A stretch of DNA of 64,000 nt. Origin: Dimorphilus gyrociliatus. Its lineage: Eukaryota; Animalia; Annelida. Shown here in pieces: positions 1 through 13,561 of the stretch (position 1 is its first letter; each line of letters starts with the position of its first letter). The notes beneath the pieces were generated by a model, which was given only the letters and a program-made list of their open reading frames with translations, was not told the origin of the DNA and did not search any database. The stretch lies in the NCBI GenBank assembly GCA_904063045.1, contig CAJFCJ010000008.1:1488001-1552000 (forward strand). Direction: 5' to 3'. The position numbers and the translations under genes are program-made.

Positions 1-183
1 TGTTTTCTATCGTATGCAAATAGATCATGTTTGTTATTTATTTCATAGTACTATACTATACTTTCTTGTGTTATAAATGAATTACTTGACAATTTTGTGA
101 GGTACTCTGTAATCTATTCTGGCATGTGTTGCGTATATTTCATTTGAAACAACTTGGATACTAATTTGATTTCTTTTCTCCAG

Positions 184-1041
184 ATTATTATTTAAAGGCT
201 AACTATACAGTAAAGAAACAGCTTGGTTCTGGTGGATTTGCTTCTGTTTATTCAGCTACTCGTAAGAAGGATAGGTTAATTGTAAGTATTATACAATCCT
301 CTATATTAATAATATGCTTAATATTTTTAAACTGAGTAGGAAAACATAATTAAGGAGCCGCATATTTACAGCCTCCTTACTATATTTTTTTACAACAAAA
401 TCCGTTACTAATTACATATATAGAGGATGAGGTGTTCGATATCCTATTGACAAAAGTTTTAATTAGTTCATGTATAGTTGTTGTAAGAATAACTTTTTTT
501 TTAAATTGTGTCTTTATTTAGCAATATATATTTTATATACAAGTGTAAATATGGTAAATCAATTCTTTCTGTCTAAAAAGTTTGTCTCATCCGACAGTTC
601 ATTGACTTTCCTTGTCTGTGCTAAAAAAACTTAGCAAAAGTCCTATAGTTGATTAGGCTTTTAATTGTTATTTTTATGAGCATATTTTTTGTTTCTAAAT
701 TTGACATCGAACTACATATTTTTACATGTATTATCAATAATGAAACATATAAAACAACAATTCTTTCGTTAAATAGGTGGCTCTAAAAATGATTATAAAG
801 TCAAAAATAACGAAATGGAGCGAGGTAAGAAGCTTTAGGGATTTTATACTGTTTTATTTTTTATATATACTTTCTTATATTTTGGTATATTATAAGTATT
901 TTGCAATAAACATAAATGCAAAGTTAATGATAGATACTTAAATTGCTGTACAAGATACTTCACTAATATTTTTTAAATACTTTTTAGTTAGCTTGTTGAT
1001 AACTAACATTATCATGTTAAAAATAGATAATAATATAATGA

Positions 1042-1072
<31 letters not shown>

Positions 1073-2163
1073 GTCTTTTCTTATGCAAAAGTGAGAAGAT
1101 TTAACAGCGAAAATAGCTGTTTATTATTCATTTGTTTATACTCTTATTTGGTCTTCCATTTTGTAGTTTGAAGGAGTAAGGGTTCCAAAGGAGGTTATGC
1201 TTCTTCAAAAGGTTCAACACGTTGATGGCGTAATAAAACTGATTGAATATTTTGATACAGAGGAGTGTTTTGTACTAGTTTTGGAAAGACCAAAATCGGT
1301 AGTTGACCTTTTCGATTATATATCAGGAAAGTTAGTGATTGACGAAGATGAAGCAAGGAGATTTTTGAAAGAGACTGTCAAAATTTTGGTAGCTTGTCAT
1401 GAAGCAGGAGTTACTCATCGCGATCTGAAAGACGAAAATCTACTGGTCGATTTGGAGAATGGTAAATTAAAATTAATAGATTTTGGATCAGGAGCATACA
1501 CAAAGGAAACGCTTTACGACGAGTACGAAGGTATTGATTTGTTTTGTATTTCCTGTTTTGTCATTAGACTAAATAGATATACATACATGTTTGACCCTAA
1601 TTTCGGACAATGATGTTAAATTTTGAATTAAAGTGCTTGAGAAAATCTGCTTCTCCTATCAAACAAAATAATTATATAAAATATTAAATATTCTGCTGTC
1701 AATGTAAAAATTTGACATTTCCAATGAAGTATATTTTTACAATTAGCATATGACCCAGTTTAAGACCACTACCTAAAACAGAAAATCTGAGAATATACCC
1801 TAAAAACCTTTAGTAATTGATTATAACAGAAAAATATCAAATTTACATGAATTTGGACTGAAACCAGCTTCTTTTTCAGGTACAAGAGTTTATAGTCCAC
1901 CAGAATGGATTGTTCATAGGAGATATTTCTATGGGCCTATGACAGTCTGGTCACTAGGTATATTACTATATAACATGGTCTGTGGAGACATTCCTTTCGA
2001 GAAGGACGAACAGATAATCAGGGCAGATATTGAATTCCGCGGCAAATTGAGTAAAGAGTGTAAGAACCTAATAGAAAATTGCCTGTCTGTTAAATGGATA
2101 GATCGACCTAGTTTAAAGGACATTCTAAATCATCCTTGGACAACTAACCAAAAATGCTTATAA
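184..2163 (+). CDS. PIM: Pim-family Ser/Thr kinase, 5' exon(s) not located. Exons 184-281, 777-824, 1167-1530, 1880-2163
   Basis: Spliced translation gives [14 protein letters not shown], Pim hinge [31 protein letters not shown]. All introns GT-AG with compatible phases. Confidence 0.93.
1042..1068. repeat. (AAT)9 microsatellite in Pim intron
   Basis: Read directly from sequence. Confidence 0.9.
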
Positions 2164-4291
2164 TTAACCCATCTCTTTCTCTTATGTATATTTATATATT
2201 TTATATGTATGACCAATTGAGAATGAACTGTAATTCAAGAAACCTCTTCTCAACAGGACAATTTTTTGTTTTAAAAACAAACTGAAATGGCATTTTAACA
2301 ATGTTCATTGTAAGTTTTCTTATAAAGTTTTTCATTAAAAATATTTCTATGAATTCTTATTTTTAAACGAAATGTACACACAGTGCGTAAAAAATAAAAA
2401 CAAAATTTTAACTTCGTAGTTTCCTCTTGAAGCAGTTGTCTACAGTATGTATATTAAATTGAACAGAATATATAATATATTTCTTTAGGTGTCGACAGTT
2501 TATTCGTAAATTTTCATGGAAATTGTGTAATGATTATCATAAGAATATGCAATCGTTTATAGGAAAGTTTTTTAGTGATGTAGGATTGCGTAATTCATTT
2601 AGACTGGGGACGTAGTTTAAAGACAGCAGTGGGTCAAAATGAAAAGAATGAAATATACAGTATATCCTCAGGTTACCTCAAATACCTTTAGACAAAATGC
2701 AACGTGGTGTTAAACCGTTAAATCGTTTATATATATTTCTTCTTTTAAGCTACAATAGTATTATTTTTCCTTATTTAGCAAAAGAAATGTGAGCGATCTT
2801 TTAAGAAGATTTTAGACTATATTCAACCCCTTCCCGGCTGCCACCCTCCGTCTCCCTCTTTAGTTTTCCGAATCACACTTAAACCGCCTTTCTTGTCTGC
2901 TGGTCAGTCTGTCTCTTACTTTCATGTGTATTTTTGAATTTGCTTGGTCACGTGATTATCATGGCCCTTATTTCATCCTCCCTTTACGCACGTTTTTATA
3001 CTTTATACGATAACATATTGCATATATTACGTAACCATCTTCTGTTAATCGCTTTTTGATGGTGTGAGGGCAGACAGGGAATTTTCCCTCTGATGACTAA
3101 CAAGGAACTCGGACAAGAAATGTCCATAATTCAGAACAGGGCGTCGAACCATAATAAACTACTTATGTTCTTTTTGATAAATGAAATGCCTCGATATTTC
3201 AATACTATTAAATATCCTGAATGATACTTTGGTGAAAAAAATACATAATTAACTTCTCTGTTTGCAATGTCATAATTCCAAAGTATAATCTAACGCAGCA
3301 CACTAATTATGAATAATTAAACTTCACTGTTAATGTTCAGAGCAGACTACATTTTCAAGTTAACACCTATCCTTCAAAAAATTATAAATTCATATCCAAA
3401 AGATATGGTTAATATTTAAATAATAAAGTCTTCTCAGCGAAGGATTTTGGAATCAATTAATCATTTGCTATTACAAGAAATATAGCTCACAAGTTAAAAT
3501 CCAAGCTAACCATTGGCCAGACTTTGTGCACTCTTACAACAATTCGATAGCGCTCCCCATGTTGGCAGATCGCCAAATTACCAGCCGAGGCAGATATATA
3601 ATTGTGCATTTTTTTCTCCATCCTAGGGTAGTTTAATGAGTAAACCAGTAAATTTTAACCATGGGAAAATTTATTTGGCATTGAAGACCTTTATTGCGCA
3701 ATAGACAATATGTTGAATATGTTCAACGTAATATATTTATTATATTATGGACAAAAAGTCGTATCTATTTTAAAATGAGAGCAGGACGACAAATCAAAAG
3801 AATTCCTTAGACAACTAGTACATAAATTTAAAGGCATGTATCTTTCCCATTAAATTTGGGTGTGTTTCTTTTCTGATCTCGTTCAAGTACATAGTTATTA
3901 AGAAAGCAAAAACACGCAAAGAGAAACAAAAAATGAAGAATTATGAATAATTGAAGTAAACTGTTGATGCGATAAGCACTTCTTTCGTAAATATCAACTG
4001 TTTCAGAAATAAAACTAATATTTTAGATATTAAATAGTATTTGATATGAAATATATATATTATATAATAAGGCATGTTCAGTATATATACATGCATACTG
4101 TAGACTAATACTATGGAGTTTCATCATTGGCAGAAAGGGATTTTGGGATGACAAATAATACTGCACTGTTTTTTCTTAAACTATTATAAATGAAATACTT
4201 TACAATCGCTACACCAGGGAAGTGCTTATTATTCATCTTGTTGTGAGGATTCGTAACAAGTAATCGCCAGATGTCACTTCGCTACGTTGTT

Positions 4292-5794
4292 TTATTTTCT
4301 AACGACATCTGTTAGTTGAAAACTCATTTCTCTATCTGGTGTGTTGAATAATCTCATCCTTAATCCAATATCTGAACCAATATATTCAATTTTAAAATTT
4401 CGGACTAGTTGAATTAAACCTAGAAATGTTTCTTGAACTGCAAATCTTTTCCCTATACACATTCTTGGACCATGTCCGAAATGTAGAACAGCATAAGGAT
4501 GTGGCTTTTTTTTAGAATTTAGCCATCTGTTAGGATTAAAGTTGTCGGATTCGAAGAAAAATTCGTTGAGATGGCCAGCAACCATATTAGAATAAAATAT
4601 GGGAATATTCTTTGGTATTTCATAATCTCCAATAACTCCATTCTCCTGAAGAACTCTAACAATAAATGTCGAAACAGGAAAGAGTCGAGTTGCTTCTTTG
4701 TAAACTGCCCTTAGATAAGGCATATCGTCTATGTGACCTTGTTTAAGTGGTTGATTGATTACAATTGCATTAATTTCATCTCTTAGACGATCTTGAACAA
4801 GAAGGTTCTTGGACAAAAGATACAAAAGGAAAATAACACCATTTGCAGTTGTTTCGATAGAGGCGTTTAATAGATCAATTATTAATGTATTCAAGCTCTC
4901 AGGAGACATTTCTCTCGAAAGGTGATTGAGCAAAGCACCACTTTTATCTGCACTCTCTATAAGTTTCATAGTAATCCTGTTGTTAAATAAAATTAGTTGG
5001 AGTGATACAATACATGGATATATTGGACACATCTATCTTACTCAGTTTGTTCATCTAGTAAAGCCATTGTATTTCTGAAAAGAGGCGTTTGATTCTTTAT
5101 ATGTTCATTCCAATCTGAGAAAATCAACTCAGAAATTCCCTTGTGAATGTGTTCTATATTGTTTAAAAGAATCTCAGGGTAATAGCTCTTACAGTCGTTA
5201 ATTTGCTCTGTTGACAATAAATTTAATCTCTGATCAAAGCACACCGTTGCCATTGCTACAAAAAAAACGTATATATATTTAGTCGTTTAGGACAGTTGAA
5301 AAGTTACTCATATTACATTCCAATGACCATCTCTTAAGTTCTTTATACATATCTGGAATAATATTCTCTGAATTTCTAACAGTTTTAAGCCTCTGTATAA
5401 AATCTAGACTAACTTCGTTTTGAGCTGGCAGATATGAGGAAACAGACATTGGTTTTAGCAAGATTCTTTGGGCCTTGTTTCTAATATTCAGCCAATCCAT
5501 GCCGTTTGATTCACCGAGACCTGAGCCCAATCCCCTGCTCTCTCTGTAGTATACAAGTGGTAAAGGAGGTGGTCTAATGGGCAGAGAACCTTCTTGCTTC
5601 AGAAGCTGAGCGCAAAAATCCGGATGAAAAAGCGTGACTGTCGGAAAATTTTGAACCAGCTCTTCCTTAACAATCCATCCATAGTTTTTCCATTTAGCCA
5701 TATGAGATACAAGAGGATCAGGAGATAATATTCCATCGATTTCGTAGTTAATGCGAGGGATAGAATTGAAGGACTTAATAGCTTTGCGAATCAT
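4292..5794 (-). CDS. Cytochrome P450, mitochondrial clan. Exons 5794-5317, 5255-5042, 4976-4292 (about 458 aa; N-terminus may extend via an acceptor at 5844)
   Basis: I-helix ASIETT, K-helix KEATR, NPNRW, heme motif HFGHGPRMCIG, N-terminal GWIVKE and LPIRPP typical of mitochondrial CYPs. Exon phases match. Confidence 0.9.
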
Positions 5795-6559
5795 GGCGAA
5801 TGAAGGAGAACGTGCGATAACGCGCTCGTTAACAGTAACGAAACTAATCAACAGAATAAATATTTATTTCTGAAACAAACTACTATATATAAAGCTGCAA
5901 CAAAGATAACAAGTATTTGACAAAACAAGTCTAAAATCGTATTATTCAATAAAAGTACAAACAATTTTATTAAAATAGCAAATAATAATTCTCAATGGTG
6001 AAATATATACTTCTAAATGAGATAAATTTGATGATTCTCGTTGCTCTTGCAAGAGAAAAGTTATTTTCTCACCTATCTCTTTCTTTTCTTTTCCAGTATT
6101 TAGTATTTCATTATAGTATTGAAATTAATATAAGTTGAATGTTAATAATCTATTTCCCCCCATAAAGTACACATTTTACAACTGTAAGTACGAACAACAA
6201 GACTTAGTGATCATAATAGTAATTCAAAGAAAATATTATATAACTGTGAATATAATTTATAGTATGTTTAATTTAAAATGAATTTATTTAGAAAAAGTAA
6301 AGTTATATTTGATCGAAATTTCCTTAAACACTACAATAGACAGCAATATTTTAAAATTGGCGTAGAGAAAGCTCTGCTAATTTAGAGAAATTATCCAAAT
6401 TACGTACTAATAAAACATGTAAATAATATACATATATACCAGCCAGTAGTCACTGTCACAAAATGAAAAATATATGTTTCTTGATTTTTCTCTTTGCATA
6501 CTTTTTGAAAATTTTCATTTAAATCTTATCATTCTAGAGAGAATATTTGTCTTCAATCT

Positions 6560-6660
6560 CATCTAAAAACTGTTAAAAATATTTTTTTTCTTATTTTTAC
6601 TTTTACTTGATAAAATATTATACATTTTAATGTTTTAATATTTTAAACAGTTTTTAGATG
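6560..6660. repeat. 24-bp inverted repeat (1 mismatch) around an AT-rich spacer; MITE-like remnant or hairpin
   Basis: catctaaaaactgttaaaaatatt (6560-6583) pairs with aatattttaaacagtttttagatg (6637-6660). Confidence 0.55.
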
Positions 6661-7425
6661 AAATTTTCAGATTTTCACAGCTACCTATGTTCCCATCGAA
6701 AGTTGGCCCCTCCCATTAAAACAAGCATACTTCTGAGATATAAAGCTAACTACAAATATTTTCTTTCTAAAATAACAATATATTAATAGCCTTCTTTTTA
6801 TTTTTCAAGTATGCAAAGGGAGAAAATCAGAAAAATATATATTTTTCATGGTATAACAAAGACTGTTGACCGGTACTGTATATTATATGCATCTTATACT
6901 GTATATATACAGCATATATATTAAGTATAATTAAGTATTTAATAATCTAGTAAAAAGTGAAAGATGTTAGAAAGTTTAATTTTTAAACTTAAGAACTTAT
7001 TGTAATAACTTAAAAGCTTAACAAAAAATATGTGAAATTTTGCCGCAACAGATGACGCTAAATACAAAGGAAATATTATTAGAAGATACAAATAAAATTA
7101 TTAAAGTTATCATTCCTATTATCATCCATGTAATTGAATCAAAATAATTAATTTAGATAACACATACGTAAACCAGGTCATAGTGAATGCCATTTCTACC
7201 TAATCTCTTTTTAGCGACTTTTGCACAACTATAGGTTATTATTGCTATCGTTACCGACATTGTGAGTTAAACCTCAAAGGTTCCCCATGTGTTCATCTAA
7301 AAAATTATTCGAAAGTGCACTATCCCATGTCTTTTATCAGCGCCATCTGCAGTGCGAAATTTCAAATAAGAAGTTCCCTTCTAAATATTTTTTTGTTACG
7401 TCGGGAAATTTAACGATAGGGAACT

Positions 7426-9274
7426 TTATGCAGTTTCACTAGGAAGACTTGGTACTTCACGGCTTAACGAATCGCTATTATCTTCATCTTTCTTTCTCTC
7501 CCAGGAAGATATTTTATTGGCTACTATCCCAATTAAGCTAGCTCCAAGCAAGGTTGCGCCAGCGTACATATAGACAACCCAAAATGAACCAGTTTTATCT
7601 TTTATAGCTCCTCCAATGGGAGTACCAATAACGGTAGCTATTCCTTGAAAGAGTAATAGTATTCCAAAAGCATTGGTTAATCTTTGAACTCCTAGTAGGT
7701 CAACTAGTACGATTGATCGTAAAGCGATGAAGGTCGCCACGCATAAACCGTACAAGGCTGAATAGATGTTAAGAAAAATGAACGACTTTATGAAGGGTAA
7801 GAACATAGTCGTTATTCCAGCTATTAAAAGGGCAGCATTGTGGAGTATCATGCTACTAATCCAAGGTCTATCCGATAGCCACCCAGCTATAATTCGTCCT
7901 ACTGTGTTACAAGCTCCCATAACGAGTAGTGGTATTTTAGATTGGGATTCACTTACACCACATTCCTCCATGGCAAAAGCGGGAGAATAAGTGAATGGTA
8001 CAAAGAATCCCATCATGTACAATAGCGCACTAGCACATACTAAATTGAATGTCATAGATTTAAATAAAGAGAGGTCAAACATTGTTTTAAAAGTATCTAT
8101 AGCAGGAGTGCATAATGATCTCTTTCCGACATCACGCTGCGGTATGGACGTAACAGAAGCGACGTATGACTGCATATTTGGTTGTGATTTATATTCGGGA
8201 ATGGATTTAACGCTTCCAGTGAAGAAGATATCTTGCCTGTACATTGGACGAGAAGCGTCAGCTGGATCAACTTTATCTTTCGCAGCGTTTGAATAGACAG
8301 TATATTGAGAGGATGCTCTTGATAATCCATTTTCTTCTTCCTCTTTAATAGTTGTAACGGCTCTATGTTCAAAACCATTTCTTTGTGATAGGAATTCATT
8401 GTCTTTTATAATCCGATTATCCTTTGTGATAAGCATGCCATCAGTCGATCCTGTCGAAATGGTTCTATCTCTGGCTTTTTGTTCAGTTATTTTTCTCATT
8501 ATAAACGATTCTTGGATCACAGAGCTCTTTGAATTTCTCCTTGACTTTGGTGGTTTTGGAGCCTCGAGTGGCCGAAAAAAAGACGCGCATACACAAGCAT
8601 TGAGAACAATACCAGAAATGATCCACATTGCACCTTTCCAACTGTATTTATTGACAAGCGGTTCTGTGAGAAAAGTGAAGATAAATGTCCCTACTCCTGA
8701 TCCACATACAGCTATTCCACTCGCAGTAGCTCGCTTCTTATCAAAATAAAAATTAACGATAACGATCGATGGTAGGTACATTAAGCCGAAGCCAACACCT
8801 CCAAGGACTCCATACGTAAAGATCATAGTGTTGATATTATTTGAATACACGCATACAAAAAATCCCATTGATGCTATTAAGGCCCCGATAATTGATATTA
8901 GTCTTACACCAAATTTATTGGCTAGAGCACTGGAAATAGGACCAATTCCGAGATACAGTCCTGGAATTAAACTTCCAATAAGGGCTGTTTTTGCGAAACT
9001 TGCATTGAAATGTTCTTGAAATTCTCTCAAGAACAAACCAAAAGTAAAACATACTCCATCAACGATTATGTTAATTATATGAGAAGCCTGAACGTGAGAG
9101 AAGGCGAAGTCAGAGACAGAGAATGAGATTTCAAATTAGCGAAGGAATAAAAAAACACAAACTAAGAATAACAGAATAATTTAATAGGAAGAAGAATTAA
9201 AAAAAACTAACTATGACTATCACCCATCCCCATCCACCATCAGGAGGTACCGGTAGAGCCTTCTGTTCGACCAT
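7426..9274 (-). CDS. SLC16A: Monocarboxylate transporter (SLC16/MCT12-14-like MFS). Exons 9274-9212, 9087-7426 (574 aa)
   Basis: Exon 1 MVEQKALPVPPDGGWGWVIVI is the MCT signature. 12 hydrophobic segments, YFDKKRATASGIA, GRIIAGWLSD, LLLFQGIATVIGTPIGG. Confidence 0.95.
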
Positions 9275-11274
9275 GCTACAAAATATTCAAATGAAAAAAA
9301 GGTGTATGAACTTTATATCTGCAGCAAGTACATTTCTGAAACTGGATAAACAAGTGACGATAAGCACAAATTATAAATCTGGACTTAGTTCGCTTATTCA
9401 TTACCGTTGTTATATATCAGTTAGATATTTCTCCTTATCAACCTATCTAACACAACCGATAAATTAGAAATTCTTTAAAGAAAAGAAATATAGCGGACTG
9501 GTAAATAACTAGGCCTTGAATGCTATTTTAATCTGTATCTTCTTTTCTATTGTGCTACTGAAAAGGTAAAAATTTACTTCATTTAAATAAACTGCGCACA
9601 AATTCAAAAAAGAAATGGTTATTTTAGGAAAAGTAAACAAAGAATCTTTCCGCTTAGTACAATAAATTTATACGAGATTGAAAATTTTTCTGCATAATGT
9701 CGACCAAAGACAGCGTAATAAATAACTTGGAAATAATAATTTAATTGATAAAAAATCTATGACTTTCATTATAAATAATTATATCTAATATAGAATGAGT
9801 TATTATTGCATATGAGTATCGTAGTTTAATCCATTACCTACAAGGTTATGTATACAAGTTATGCTGTTATATACAAATTTTTAATACTATATGTGTTAAT
9901 ACGCTCTCAACATTTGTATATTTCGTATGTTTAATATACGATATAAAAATATATCTTAAATATATATTCATTTACATAAGTACAGTAATAAGGGTTATAT
10001 ATATTATATCAGTAAATTTGCTACAATTAGGTATTTAAATTAACATGAAAATACGACACATACAATATGAAAAATATACTTGTCTTCAGTTTTTTCACCC
10101 ACAGTTCTCTTATTCAGCTCATTCTAATTTGATTTAGAGAAAATTGAAAATGCCTATTTATATAATAGGCACAAAACGATGAATAATGTATTGTAGGGCG
10201 AATAGCTATATTATATGACAAAAATATATTGAACGGCTTATTGAAGGCTTTTGATTATTTAAAGAAAAATAACAACACCTATGAAAAATACAATGACTTT
10301 TTCAAGTCTAAAATATAAAATGTATTTATTTTTTTTGATCTAAACTTTACGACTTTTGTCTCATAAATCGATTGAAAGAAATTTTTTTAAGAATCCTTGA
10401 TATGCTCTGATAAAGTGACAATATAATTATTATTGTAAAATATTCTAATCAAATTTTTCAATATGTTAAAAAAATGGAAATATATACTCTTAGTATAGTA
10501 AAAATAGTTAAAATCGTGCTTTATATAAATATCTTTGAACTATGTACAGAATAGCCTGTTTATCACTGTTAAAACTGATGTTTGAGCACATTAATTTTTT
10601 AATACAGGAAAGAGAATATCATTATAACCTTGTAACGATTGATTTAAAATTCTCTTTATATCTTTTTCATGGTGTTTTCTCTAAACGATTTATTTAAGAT
10701 AAGCTACTTATGTTTACCTAATCAGCAATCAGAGCGTTATATCTGATTTGGGACGATCTTGTTATCAATGACAAAGAAGACCAATAAATTATTGTTGACC
10801 AATTACCCTTAATTTTTTTATTACATTAACTGCATTATCCTTATCAGATTCTACAATAGTTTTGAATATTTTAGATTTTTTTAAAATTTCATTTATCTCT
10901 TTAAGTTTTCATATCAGGAATCTAAAAGAAATAGGGCGGTTCTTTTCAAATAAAGAGGTAATTGTAATTTCTAATATCAGTACTATCTGGCAGAAGTGTG
11001 ACAAAAGATAATGTACGAATTAAAATAGAGCCATCTACAATCCGGAAAATAGAATTAACAGTAGGCTATCTAATCTAGACTACTAAATCTTGTGAAGCCT
11101 ATGACGTATCAGTAATGAAAATAATTCATGATTATAATAAGAAATTCGCCTATTTTCGATACTATTAATGTTTTTCATAATAACATCTCTTATGGCAATT
11201 TAGGACTTTTAAAGTTATCTTTTTATTTTGAATCAATAATGTTTTGTAATTTCGCAACATGTGTTATGATTTCT

Positions 11275-12580
11275 TTATGATATAAAGTCGGTCTTTAGTC
11301 GAATGTCTTCTTCTAAGCCATATGCCCACTCACTGATACCCCAACCTTTTAATGAATCTAAATTATATGTTGCCATCCTTTCATGAATTCTGCCATGTCT
11401 AATGTCGTTTTCACCGTCTATATACACTGTTGGTGATTCAATAACTTTGCAGAACAAGGTGTACTGTTTACCAGACTCGGTGAATATTTCAAAACCATAA
11501 TCATTTGGAGGTTTGCCATTTTCTCCCATTGACCATAGCTGTAGGCTGGAATCGGTTATAGAATCAATTTTGTTATCTTTTGAGACATAACCAGCTATTA
11601 GACGACTCATTGTTTTTGGCATGCATATGCACAAAAGACCAATGCATGTACCATCTTCCAAATAACAATACTGAAGCGCATATCGATGTATGTCTCTCCA
11701 ATCTCTTACGTTTCCGTAGCTGTGATCTCTAACGCCATATAAGATTGTATCGCGTTTTTCACCATCTATTTCCAGGCTAACTGTCCATTTGCCAAATTGT
11801 TCGTGGTGTGTTTGATGAGCTTTTCGAAGTCTTTCGAATCTATCTTTTGTCCACTTTTCTTGAGCAATTGCTCTACTAACAGCTGAAGCTGGAATATCAG
11901 TGTCAAAGTCGAAATAAGGCATTATCGCCTCCCAGCCAGCTGCTAAACGAACAAAAACTTCTTTTCCTGAGGATAATTTCATGTTTCCTTCATAAGATAT
12001 TTTCCACTTTTTCATTGCCTCTATACTATCTATCCTCAGGCCATTAGACCAAAACTTATTTTCATCATCAGCTTTACAGTGGGTATCGGGTTGGTGGGGC
12101 ATTTGTAATAGGCCTATATGGGGCAAACGAATAAATAGAAAAGCCTGATTTAAGTTTCTTTGTCGTCGCGCTGTAGCCGCTACTATGTATTCCCCTTTTT
12201 CGTTAGCTCCGGTAAAGTAAACAGCATCAACCGCCTGTTAGCGGAAAAGAATATTAGTGTGATAAGTGTTGGGGTCCTTATTGTACATTAAATAGTAAAT
12301 GTATTACCTTGGGTTCGTCATTAGGTAGGATCTGTGCTCTATCCATCTCCTCAATAGTAAATTTTGATCTTTGACCATATCCAGCACTTACTCCTTGAAC
12401 GTTTGATAATCTGGAACTTCTAAACCTTCTAAGTTTGACTATTAGTAAGAAAAGCACAAATTTCAAATAATATAGAATTCCACCAGGTCTGGCATAGATT
12501 CCTAAATGAGGGGGAATTACCCTCGGTATAATAAAGCGAAAGAGAATTGGTAAAATAACAGCCAACAATACAACCACCAT
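11275..12580 (-). CDS. Uncharacterised membrane-anchored protein with a predicted double beta-barrel (AttH/CrtC/tocopherol-cyclase-like) domain. Exons 12580-12308, 12234-11275 (410 aa)
   Basis: Clean two-exon frame. N-terminal hydrophobic helices, then AVDAVYFTG, AATARR, GVRDHSYGNVRDW, GWGISEW. The fold assignment is from recalled motifs, not a search. Confidence 0.8.
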
Positions 12581-13561
12581 TCTAACCTTTATAATCGTAT
12601 GATGGTGCTGGTGCAATGTGGCCCTTGAAAAAAGTATTGATAAATTGATTAGGTACAATCGCATAGAATATAGAAAGATCAAGAGTATGTGCTATAAGAA
12701 GGTCAGTGTAAAGATGTATCGCGATAAGACAATTTTTATGATATATTGATAAAATCAATGTATATAACTCATGTTAAACAATATTTCAATGCAGTTTTGC
12801 AAATAATTTAGAAATTACTAAATGAAATAATTATCAAATTAATAAGCAGATGAAATAATTTTACCTATGAAAGAATAATTTAGAAGGATAAGGCTAGGAA
12901 ATAATACGTTTAGTTATATGTTCTCTATTGAGAGGGAGAATTTCATTTATTTTAACAGCTTAACCAACGACTCTCTTAAATAGAATTTGTTACCTAGACA
13001 TGGTCTTAAAACACGATTCCTGAAATCTGGAGGTATATTTCCTGAATTTTCTCTATATCATCTTTATCCTAAACCTTTATAGTAGAAACGAAACGTATAA
13101 CTTAGATCGAAAGTTAGGAGAGGAAGTTGAGAGAACAAACAGGGAAGGGAGGGAGAGATTTAAAGATTAAACAAGAAACTAGCAATGTTGCTTGTATCAT
13201 TAATCACCCATTTTCTTATTTGCATTCGTAATATCTACATATCGCTTTTTAGTAACTCATAGAGTTTTTCTTAATACTGCGGAAGAAACAGAGTTTTTAA
13301 TAAATATATGTAAAATATTAATATTTAATAATTTTCTTTTTCATCTCATGGAATATGTTTCTCATTTTATGTAGCTTATGAAATTTTAATGAAATACTAT
13401 CTTCTTCATTTTTTTCTAGTGGCTTACCTAAAAAATGTCAATTGAAACAAAAAAGAAAGGTTACTCAAAAACTAAATAATGCGCTCGAGTTGACACGACA
13501 AAATCAGACGCCCCCTATATGTTGTCTTATAGATGCTGGCGTCATATAGTTGAATGGTAAA

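Noticed and set aside
1929-2123. - strand 64-aa ORF; also 15823-16008 and 53376-53579
   Set aside because: Antisense shadows of Pim, RFX and CYP exons.
3125-3160. GGTTCGACGCC B-box-like motif on the minus strand
   Set aside because: No A-box or cloverleaf, so not a tRNA or a supportable SINE.
7766-8749. ORFs 7766-7990, 7991-8296, 8097-8399, 8399-8749 and 8828-9019
   Set aside because: Antisense or alternate-frame shadows of the MCT coding exon.
9213-9467. + strand ORF MTITHPHPPSGG
   Set aside because: Reverse complement of MCT exon 1 (PPDGGWGW).
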